From the IMG/VR virus record IMGVR_UViG_3300005239_003333: DNA of 35,975 bases, one strand, 5' to 3'. Positions 28,698-35,975 of this stretch are shown one piece after another. Source of the stretch: an uncultured virus (IMG/VR IMGVR_UViG_3300005239_003333) (taxonomy: Duplodnaviria > Heunggongvirae > Uroviricota > Caudoviricetes). Positions within the stretch are counted from its first letter, which is position 1, and each line of letters opens with the position of its first letter. The notes below the pieces were generated by a model that searched no databases, had not been told where the DNA came from, and worked only from the letters and a program-made list of their open reading frames with translations. The position numbers and the translations under genes were made by a program.

Positions 28698-29577
28698 TTA
28701 CATAATATCTGTAAAAAGCTCTGGGCTATGCTTTAATATTATGCGGCTTATTATCTTAACTAAATTAGCTAATGATTTTGGGCGTAAATTAATATTTTTA
28801 ACTAAACCGGATCATATACCTATTCTAAAAAAATTTAATAATAAATGTACTTTAATACCGTATGTTAGAGGGCATACAGACCAGTTTAATAATTTTACTA
28901 GAAATAAAAATATACATATTGTATATGATTTAAAATATATACGGTTTTTAAAATCTAACTATTTAAATAAAATTTTTGGTGATTTAAAGATTAATGAATT
29001 TGCTTATGTTAATGGATGCATGTATGATATCACAAATATATTAAACAAGCATATTATTGTTGATTATAATGATGGTCAGTTTGATAGTAAGATTATAAAC
29101 TCTATCGATATACCGAGCATTAGAATTAATAAAAGTTTAATAAAATATCCGAGCGATATGTTAACTATTAACGTTAAAATTAACGATCCTAATAATACTA
29201 GAATTTACGATCTCTGGGACGAAATAATACCTAAATTGCAGAAAGATTATATGAAAGATATTTTACTAATATCCGGTAATAACGATATAAAACAATACCT
29301 CGGTAAGAAATACAATTGTATTTTTGAGAATTTAGATACAGAAACTAACTTTTCTAACGTTAGAGGAAATGATATTGTTAGGGGAAAAGCAAATACAATA
29401 TATCGTGATTTAGTAACATGTGCACATACCCGCTTTATACCCTTTATAGAGCTAAGAGAAAAATATAAAGATATTTTACACCGATACGAGGATTTAAATT
29501 TCGTCCTTCAAAAAGAAGAAAAATTTGATATCTTGGTTGAATATATGCGTAATCGCTTTCTTACTCTGGAACCTTAA
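28687..29577 (+). CDS. Hypothetical protein, weakly fucosyltransferase-like
   Basis: N-terminal SGLCFNI, ILLISGNNDIK, IYRDL; shares a motif with 31562..32539. Confidence 0.45.
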   Translation: MKSNYIISVKSSGLCFNIMRLIILTKLANDFGRKLIFLTKPDHIPILKKFNNKCTLIPYVRGHTDQFNNFTRNKNIHIVYDLKYIRFLKSNYLNKIFGDLKINEFAYVNGCMYDITNILNKHIIVDYNDGQFDSKIINSIDIPSIRINKSLIKYPSDMLTINVKINDPNNTRIYDLWDEIIPKLQKDYMKDILLISGNNDIKQYLGKKYNCIFENLDTETNFSNVRGNDIVRGKANTIYRDLVTCAHTRFIPFIELREKYKDILHRYEDLNFVLQKEEKFDILVEYMRNRFLTLEP

Positions 29578-30151
29578 ACTCGGTTTCAAATGTACAGTAG
29601 TTTACCATTACTGCACGTCTTCTCTCTTTTATATCAACCGACTCTAAACCATGCCATGTATCGTTGTTCGGATAAAAGTAAAATCCTTCATTGTTAATAT
29701 ATGGTACAGTCTTAACATACTCTTTATTCTTATCATATAGAGCTGTACCAATACTCTCGGACTCTTCAGTATTATTAAGATAAACGAGAAAACTCATTAT
29801 CTTTTCGCTTATATCGACATGAGGCTCAAGCCAGGACTTTTCACTATCTTCTATAAGTTCGATACGCAAATAGTTACCTCGTATCTTAGTATTAGATTCT
29901 TCCTCAAACATATCTATTATCTCATCTCTTAAGAAAAAATCTACTGTTCTATTTAAAGCAGAATTGCTCCACATATTTTCTTTATCAACAAAGAATCTAT
30001 TATTATTTGTAGTACGCGCGCCCCCAAGAGAAGCTGTATGATTGCTCATCTTGATTTTATCAATATCAGCTAACTCCTTTTCGCAAAAAAATTCTGTAAA
30101 CGTATAATGCTTAAAAGGGTCAACGTTACACTGCTTGTTTCGAAATTTCAT
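29561..30151 (-). CDS. 2OG-Fe(II) oxygenase
   Basis: DPFKH, LEPHVD (HxD), LVYLN, GTALY, TWHG, RRAVMVNY. Confidence 0.85.
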   Translation of the reverse strand: MKFRNKQCNVDPFKHYTFTEFFCEKELADIDKIKMSNHTASLGGARTTNNNRFFVDKENMWSNSALNRTVDFFLRDEIIDMFEEESNTKIRGNYLRIELIEDSEKSWLEPHVDISEKIMSFLVYLNNTEESESIGTALYDKNKEYVKTVPYINNEGFYFYPNNDTWHGLESVDIKERRRAVMVNYCTFETEFKVPE

Positions 30152-30674
30152 TTATTTTATTATATATTATATCTATATATTTATCAAGATACTTCTTTAT
30201 ATCGCATTCATTTTTATGTGATGTTACAATATCATGATCTTTTATAATTATAGGTATATGATGACTTTCATCGCGAAGAGTCATTATAATAAAAACAAAT
30301 AGTTGTGAAAGGACGTTATTTCTATTACAAATAAATAAAATATTACTCTCTTCTTTAGATAGCTTATGTATAAACTCACTTTGTGTACCTATAATTTGCT
30401 CTCTAAGCTTACGTCTAAGATCTACATCACTATCCATCCTATCAATAGGTGGTATATTTTTTATACGTAAGAGATCTTTATTATTAAAAATATCTTTACA
30501 TTTTATATTATTACATAGTAGTGATAATCTATGGCATGAATTTAGTAAATTACACTCTGTCAAGTTAATTACAAATTTAATATTATATTTTATAAGGTTG
30601 GATAGTTCATTATCGACATCTTGATCAAAGTTTTTATATGTTTCGATATATAAATTTCTAAATATTTGCTTCAT
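30126..30674 (-). CDS. Degenerate dual-specificity phosphatase-like protein
   Basis: LIKYNIKFVINLT and NILFICNRNNVLSQ align with DSP motifs but lack the CX5R arginine. Confidence 0.45.
   Translation of the reverse strand: MKQIFRNLYIETYKNFDQDVDNELSNLIKYNIKFVINLTECNLLNSCHRLSLLCNNIKCKDIFNNKDLLRIKNIPPIDRMDSDVDLRRKLREQIIGTQSEFIHKLSKEESNILFICNRNNVLSQLFVFIIMTLRDESHHIPIIIKDHDIVTSHKNECDIKKYLDKYIDIIYNKINEISKQAV
30159..30187 (-). promoter_or_regulatory. Sigma70-type promoter, leaderless geometry, for the oxygenase
   Basis: TTGATA-N17-TATAAT-N7-ATG(30151). Confidence 0.65.
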
Positions 30675-30707
30675 TGGATAAGTTTGTTTTCCCCTTTAAA
30701 TATTTAC

Positions 30708-31565
30708 GTGATAGCAAATGATAAGCAAGATATTATTGATTTGAGAAAGCGGCAAATCGCTGAAGATATCGAAAAGACTCCAATGAAGGCGTTGCAGAGT
30801 ATTACTATCAACCCTACGGAGCTTTGTAATAGAACATGTCACTTCTGCCCACGTAGTGATCCAAAAGTATACCCTAATCAAAATTTACATATTACTGAGG
30901 ATACTGTTCGAAAATTGAGCTCTGAGCTTAAGTTAAATAACTACTCGAACCGAGTCGGGTGGTCTGGTAATGGCGAGCCTTTATTAACTAAAGATTTTTA
31001 TAAATTAGTTAAAATAATAAGCAGTGAAAATCCTCAGCTAAGAGTACATGAAATTAATACTAACGGGGATAAAATAAAAGAAGGTACAATTGAAAAGATT
31101 TATGACGCTGGTATTAACCATATCGTCGTAAGTTTATATGATGGAGATGAGCAATTAGAAAAATTTAGTAAAATGTTTGAAGGGTATGATTCGGATATGT
31201 TCACTTTAAGAAAAAGTTATTACCATTCTAACAATTTTTCTGGATTTACCAATAGAGCTGGCGCAGTAAAAGTTAATACTGAACTGCTAAAAGATAATAT
31301 AAAAAATAAATGTTATTTACCATTCTACAAACTCTTTATTGATTGGAATGGTGATCAAATATTATGTTGCGAGGATTGGTTTAAGCTATCAAAAAATAAA
31401 CTAAATATTAACACTCACTCATTAAAGGAAATATGGGAATCTGAATTTTTAAACAAATATCGAACACATCTTAAGGCTGGAAAGAGAGATTTAGCGGTTT
31501 GTAATAGATGTAATATTCATGGAGAGAAAGTTGGAAAACAATATACGGAAAATTTTAAATTATGA
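30708..31565 (+). CDS. Radical SAM protein with SPASM/twitch domain
   Basis: CNRTCHFC (CxxxCxxC), SGNGEPLL, INTNGD, NRAG, CYLPF...CCEDW...CNRC. Start reassigned to GTG 30708 by TAAATA-N5-GTG. Confidence 0.9.
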   Translation: MIANDKQDIIDLRKRQIAEDIEKTPMKALQSITINPTELCNRTCHFCPRSDPKVYPNQNLHITEDTVRKLSSELKLNNYSNRVGWSGNGEPLLTKDFYKLVKIISSENPQLRVHEINTNGDKIKEGTIEKIYDAGINHIVVSLYDGDEQLEKFSKMFEGYDSDMFTLRKSYYHSNNFSGFTNRAGAVKVNTELLKDNIKNKCYLPFYKLFIDWNGDQILCCEDWFKLSKNKLNINTHSLKEIWESEFLNKYRTHLKAGKRDLAVCNRCNIHGEKVGKQYTENFKL

Positions 31566-32539
31566 TTTATTTCGCGCAAGCTGTTAGAGAAAGAAGAACA
31601 TATACTGATTTTATGATCGGTTTAATTATGTTAACTCAATATTATAAAAAATATAAAAAAACGTTTTATATAAAAGAAGATATATATGATGTTTTTGAAA
31701 GTAATAAATGTGACTTCTATAATATTGAATCAAATAATTATTATAAACTTTTTTATAAGATGAGAATCAATGCTGTTAAGAACGTAAGGGAAGATCCTAT
31801 GCATCGCGACGATACAATGTTAAAAAATCTTTATATAAAACGTTTGGCCAAAAAAGAAAATATAAATGATATGTATTTAAATGGTCTTAAGAAGGGTGAC
31901 AATTTTTTACTTGATAATACTGTTAAATTTTACTATCTCGATAAGCATGATAGAGGTCTTCTACATTATGAAGATAATAAATCTAAAGCTAAGAATGATA
32001 GTAGTTTAAAGATAAAAATTAAAACACCTTATGTGGATGAAAAAATAAAAGAGTTCACTAAAGATAAGTGGTTTATAACCTTACCTACTTTTCGTATAAA
32101 TGAAAAGGAAGATATAAAAATGCTAGATATATTCTGTGAATTTATAACAAAAGAAAAGGATTATAAAAATATTATCCTAATTAGCGGTAGTAATGAGTAT
32201 AAGGATCACTTTTGTAGTAAATTTAATTTCGAAACTACACATATTTATGATGATGGCTTTACCAGTAAAAAACTAGGTTATCGGAAGCAAGAAGCTGGGT
32301 TTACGTGTAAAGAAAAAGGAAGTTTAGAAAGTGTATTGGCAGACTCCTTATATATACAAAATTCAGAAGCTGGTTATATAGATTTTATGCAGGTCTATAA
32401 TCATCATAGAGATGAGTTGTTAAAATATGGTATGGATAAATTTAGTAATTCTTATTATGATACTTTTATAACAAGAAATAAAAGTCAGGCTATTGATATT
32501 ATTGGTCGCGAGTTGAAGCAGAATACAGTTTTTTATTAA
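31562..32539 (+). CDS. Hypothetical protein, weakly fucosyltransferase-like (paralogue of 28687..29577)
   Basis: IILISGSNEYKDHFCSKFNF, SVLADSL; ATGA overlap with the radical SAM gene. Confidence 0.45.
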   Translation: MIYFAQAVRERRTYTDFMIGLIMLTQYYKKYKKTFYIKEDIYDVFESNKCDFYNIESNNYYKLFYKMRINAVKNVREDPMHRDDTMLKNLYIKRLAKKENINDMYLNGLKKGDNFLLDNTVKFYYLDKHDRGLLHYEDNKSKAKNDSSLKIKIKTPYVDEKIKEFTKDKWFITLPTFRINEKEDIKMLDIFCEFITKEKDYKNIILISGSNEYKDHFCSKFNFETTHIYDDGFTSKKLGYRKQEAGFTCKEKGSLESVLADSLYIQNSEAGYIDFMQVYNHHRDELLKYGMDKFSNSYYDTFITRNKSQAIDIIGRELKQNTVFY

Positions 32540-33198
32540 TAATTTAACCACTTATCAGCATAATCGCAATGCTCATACTCTGGCAACCACGGACCACCTT
32601 CAGTATAGTGCAGAGCCATTGGCTCCCCGTCCTGAGGCTCTTTGTACCAATCGACTAACCAATTCCATTGTAACGGTAAAGCCCCAATCTCTGTATCTTC
32701 TAACCATTTAAATCTATGTAAGAATGCACCGGACTGATTGTTAATTGTAAGAGGGTTTAAAGTTTTATTTTTTGGGTGTTCATTATTAAAAATCATTAAA
32801 CTGCTCCAGTTCTTACGAGGCCAAGATGTTTGAGGTTTACCGTCCATCTTCTGCAAATTAGTTGGATTGTACTCATGTTTGCAACATTGTATAGCATACT
32901 TCGGGTCATATAAATCTAATAATCTATCGATAGATTCAAGAAAAAGAAAATCTCCGTCGAGGAATACGCTTATACCTTTATAATCACTTTGATAAGGTAC
33001 AAAAAATCTAGCAAATGCAAATTGTGTAGATTCATATGGGTCTTTTTTTCTACCATAATTTTCTACACTATTATAATTTATAGGTTGTATATCAAGCTCG
33101 TACCTGTTATTCTTATCTGTTATGCTCCTTATACACCTATCGTATGCAATTTTATGAGGGTCGTCTAACCCAACAAATATTTTAATTTTCTTTTCCAT
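32536..33198 (-). CDS. GT8-like nucleotide-diphospho-sugar transferase
   Basis: IFVG, STQFAFARFFVP, FLDGDFL (DxD), PRKNWSSLMIFN, LHRFKWL, WNWLV, HYTEGGPW; start ATG 33198. Confidence 0.85.
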   Translation of the reverse strand: MEKKIKIFVGLDDPHKIAYDRCIRSITDKNNRYELDIQPINYNSVENYGRKKDPYESTQFAFARFFVPYQSDYKGISVFLDGDFLFLESIDRLLDLYDPKYAIQCCKHEYNPTNLQKMDGKPQTSWPRKNWSSLMIFNNEHPKNKTLNPLTINNQSGAFLHRFKWLEDTEIGALPLQWNWLVDWYKEPQDGEPMALHYTEGGPWLPEYEHCDYADKWLNY

Positions 33199-34234
33199 AA
33201 TAATCTTTAAATAATTTAAACGAATCTGCACCATANNNNNNNNNNNNNNNNNNNNNNNNNNNNNNNNNNNNNNNNNNNNNNNNNNNNNNNNNNNNNNNNN
33301 NNNNNNNNNNNNNNNNNNNNNNNNNNNNNNNNNNNNNNNNNNNNNNNNNNNNNNNNNNNNNNNNNNNNNNNNNNNNNNNNNNNNNNNNNNNNNNNNNNNN
33401 NNNNNNNNNNNNNNNNNNNNNNNNNNNNNNNNNNNNNNNNNNNNNNNNNNNNNNNNNNNNNNNNNNNNNNNNNNNNNNNNNNNNNNNNNNNNNNNNNNNN
33501 NNNNNNNNNNNNNNNNNNNNNNNNNNNNNNNNNNNNNNNNNNNNNNNNNNNNNNNNNNNNNNNNNNNNNNNNNNNNNNNNNNNNNNNNNNNNNNNNNNNN
33601 NNNNNNNNNNNNNNNNNNNNNNNNNNNNNNNNNNNNNNNNNNNNNNNNNNNNNNNNNNNNNNNNNNNNNNNNNNNNNNNNNNNNNNNNNNNNNNNNNNNN
33701 NNNNNNNNNNNNNNNNNNNNNNNNNNNNNNNNNNNNNNNNNNNNNNNNNNNNNNNNNNNNNNNNNNNNNNNNNNNNNNNNNNNNNNNNNNNNNNNNNNNN
33801 NNNNNNNNNNNNNNNNNNNNNNNNNNNNNNNNNNNNNNNNNNNNNNNNNNNNNNNNNNNNNNNNNNNNNNNNNNNNNNNNNNNNNNNNNNNNNNNNNNNN
33901 NNNNNNNNNNNNNNNNNNNNNNNNNNNNNNNNNNNNNNNNNNNNNNNNNNNNNNNNNNNNNNNNNNNNNNNNNNNNNNNNNNNNNNNNNNNNNNNNNNNN
34001 NNNNNNNNNNNNNNNNNNNNNNNNNNNNNNNNNNNNNNNNNNNNNNNNNNNNNNNNNNNNNNNNNNNNNNTTTTATCTACCTAGGGCAAAAACACATTTG
34101 CGCGTACATATCTCAGTTACATTTACATCAATAATTTGTAATGCAGACATAATATTATCTTCTTCTATTACAAAAGTATCAAATATGTTCTTTCGAAACT
34201 CAATAAACTCGTTAGTTGGTTTATTATCCATCAT
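33182..34234 (-). CDS. Second radical SAM protein (not in ORF track; middle in N-gap)
   Basis: 5' part reads MMDNKPTNEFIEFRKNIF...LQIIDVNVTEICTRKCVF, with the third Cys restored by one extra T in a T-run. It parallels LQSITINPTELCNRTCHFCPR of 30708. The 3' part after the gap reads YGADSFKLFKDYYGKEN-stop. Confidence 0.75.
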
Positions 34235-34238
34235 ATAT

Positions 34239-34266
34239 ATTTTAATATATAAAATAGGATTTTCAA
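34239..34266 (-). promoter_or_regulatory. Sigma70-type promoter, leaderless geometry
   Basis: TTGAAA-N16-TAAAAT-N7-ATG(34231). Confidence 0.65.
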
Positions 34267-34292
34267 GTTAACTTGCTATCATTCATACAAGC

Positions 34293-34300
34293 TATAAATA
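34293..34300 (+). promoter_or_regulatory. T4 late promoter TATAAATA
   Basis: Perfect consensus, N8 before ATG 34309. Confidence 0.7.
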
Positions 34301-34308
34301 TAATTCTT

Positions 34309-34503
34309 ATGGAAGATATTAAATTAAACATTGAAAAACTAGCTGAAAATCACGGACATTTTTCTGCTGACGTAGAAAATTTCCTTGAAAAGGGTAATAA
34401 ATCCGCCGCTACACGCGCGCGGAAAGCATTGTTGGAGATCTCTAAACTCTGTAAAGACGTAAGAAAGCAGATTCAAGAGATTAAGAACAGTGGAGGAGCA
34501 TAA
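34309..34503 (+). CDS. Hc1-like (histone H1-like) small protein
   Basis: EKGNKSAATRARKALLEISKLCKDVRK matches the KGNKAAxxRxR motif of the Hc1 N-terminal domain. Confidence 0.75.
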   Translation: MEDIKLNIEKLAENHGHFSADVENFLEKGNKSAATRARKALLEISKLCKDVRKQIQEIKNSGGA

Positions 34504-34511
34504 ATAATAAT

Positions 34512-34934
34512 GTGATTACCTTTAAAAAATTCTTTGAGTCTAATAAGCCCCTCGGTTTAATAGAAACTATAACATTTAAAGAATTGGGTCCCATTGAAGC
34601 TAAAGTTGATAGCGGCAATGGGGCTTACAATGTCTTGCACGGTATAAACTTGCAATATGATGATAATAAATCTATCGTTACTTTCGAAACTATAGATAAT
34701 AAGAGTTTAAGTATGCCGGTAGTTGAGTTTATAGATATTAATATAGGCTCAGGTAACATCGAAGAGAGACCGGTTGTAGAGTTTGATATTGAAATCGGTG
34801 ATGAAGTTTACCCTAAAACAAAATTTTCGATCGGCGATAGAGAAGATAATGACTATAAAATATTAGTCGGTAAAGATTTCATCGAACAGCTCGGTGGGAT
34901 GATCGACGTCAGCGCTGAAGGTAATCTAGACTAG
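34512..34934 (+). CDS. Retropepsin-like aspartic protease (RimK-associated 'ATP-dependent zinc protease' family)
   Basis: IEAKVDSGN (DSG), ERPVV, FSIGDR, ILVGKDFI; TAAATA-N5-GTG. Confidence 0.8.
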   Translation: MITFKKFFESNKPLGLIETITFKELGPIEAKVDSGNGAYNVLHGINLQYDDNKSIVTFETIDNKSLSMPVVEFIDINIGSGNIEERPVVEFDIEIGDEVYPKTKFSIGDREDNDYKILVGKDFIEQLGGMIDVSAEGNLD

Positions 34935-34937
34935 CTC

Positions 34938-35171
34938 CTAAAAGAAAGTACTAGATATAACAACGCCTGTACCGCAGCCTAAACTACAACCGATACTATA
35001 TTGCAGTTTTTCCTTTAAGCTTCCTTTTGCTACCCCAGTAACACTGTAACACCAGACAATACCTATAAGGAAAGAAAATATAATGCTATATAATATTCTG
35101 CCAGTAGCAATATTATAAGTATTCATGCTCAATAATAACAATTGAACATAAGAATAGAGTAAAATTTTCAT
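34938..35171 (-). CDS. Small membrane protein
   Basis: 77 aa with three hydrophobic segments, directly downstream of folE2. Confidence 0.65.
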   Translation of the reverse strand: MKILLYSYVQLLLLSMNTYNIATGRILYSIIFSFLIGIVWCYSVTGVAKGSLKEKLQYSIGCSLGCGTGVVISSTFF

Positions 35172-35174
35172 CTA

Positions 35175-35975
35175 TTACCGTAATCCGGTCGATTCGAATA
35201 CATCTCTAGCAACACCTGCTGAAAAGCCTCCTTCTACGCCTTTAACTATAACTGATATAGCATTATGGCTATGAAGACTCTCATTATGAGATGCTACAAT
35301 CTTAAAGTCCTTAATACGAGACTCACTACTAAGCTTTTCATACATTAAACGTACTGCATCTTCTACAAACTTTAGATTAGAACCGTTAAGTTCAGCAAAC
35401 GCTTGCTCATCTTCTCTCTTAACCATAACTTGAGTCTCAGTTTGTAGAGCAGCTAAGCATAACTCTTGTATATCTTCTATCCATAGCATATCGTCGAACT
35501 TAACACTAACTCTTGCAACACTTCGTTGACTATGAGGTACTGTAGCGCGATTACGATACTTCTCAGCATGTTCACTCAATTCAAAACTACAAGGGCATGC
35601 AGATGAATATACAAAATCAAAGTGAATATACTTCTTAAATTCACCATCTTTAGTAAGATCACCTTCAAATACTACGTCATAATATTGATAACCGTCTAAA
35701 CCACTACGTAAACTAGTTTGTTTGATAGGATATGAAATCTTAAGCATAATTCTTGAGTCAAATACCTTTAGATTTTCTCTATATGATTCTAGTACATCTT
35801 TAATATTATCAATACTAAATAGATCATCCTTATGATCGTAAAAACTTCTCATAATACGAGACATATTAATACCCTTCTTATGAGCTTCTAAACTAACACT
35901 ACCCGTTACACTAGTTTCGAGATTAATAGTCTTACCATCTCTCTTTTTATATGTAAGTGGTAACTAAAATTGTGT
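35175..35975 (-). CDS. folE2: GTP cyclohydrolase I type B (FolE2), 5'-truncated by the window edge
   Basis: LETSVTGSVSLEAHKKGINMSR (frame open upstream of the called ATG), SACPCS, PHSQRS, VKREDEQAFAELN, KFVEDAVR, ESLHSHNA. Confidence 0.93.

Noticed and set aside
1..35975. CRISPR arrays, tRNA/rRNA genes, IS elements, dpdA
   Set aside because: Intergenic spaces are very short, and no repeat-spacer pattern, cloverleaf, transposase or TGT-like motif was recognised. The gaps could hide features.

Overview
AT-rich scaffold of a large T4-like (myovirus-type) bacteriophage with four N-gaps and several homopolymer-type frameshifts that look like sequencing errors. The minus strand carries the T4 core replication/recombination block (uvsY, uvsW, gp55 late sigma, gp47, gp46, a GT-B glycosyltransferase, gp43 DNA polymerase, uvsX). 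It also carries a dispersed 7-deazaguanine pathway (folE2, a Cys-poor queC, a stand-alone class II glutamine amidotransferase, a PurN-like formyltransferase, a dATP/dGTP diphosphohydrolase-like protein) that runs directly into a sugar-nucleotide/glycosyltransferase operon. The plus strand carries late genes. Eleven proteins, ten of them on the plus strand, begin with T4 internal-protein-like peptides ending in hydrophobic-X-E; one is a ligase-fold/HIGH-nucleotidyltransferase fusion and one a retropepsin-like protease. A second accessory island (about 27.4-34.2 kb) encodes GT29-like and GT8-like glycosyltransferases, two fucosyltransferase-like paralogues, a 2OG-Fe(II) oxygenase, a pseudo-phosphatase and two radical SAM paralogues, one of them missing from the ORF track. 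Promoter geometry suggests widespread leaderless mRNA: TAAATA-N5-start for late genes and TTGA-like-N16/17-TATAAT-N5-8-start for early/middle genes. No tRNA, rRNA, CRISPR array or clear mobile element was seen. Family names come from motif recognition, not database searches.
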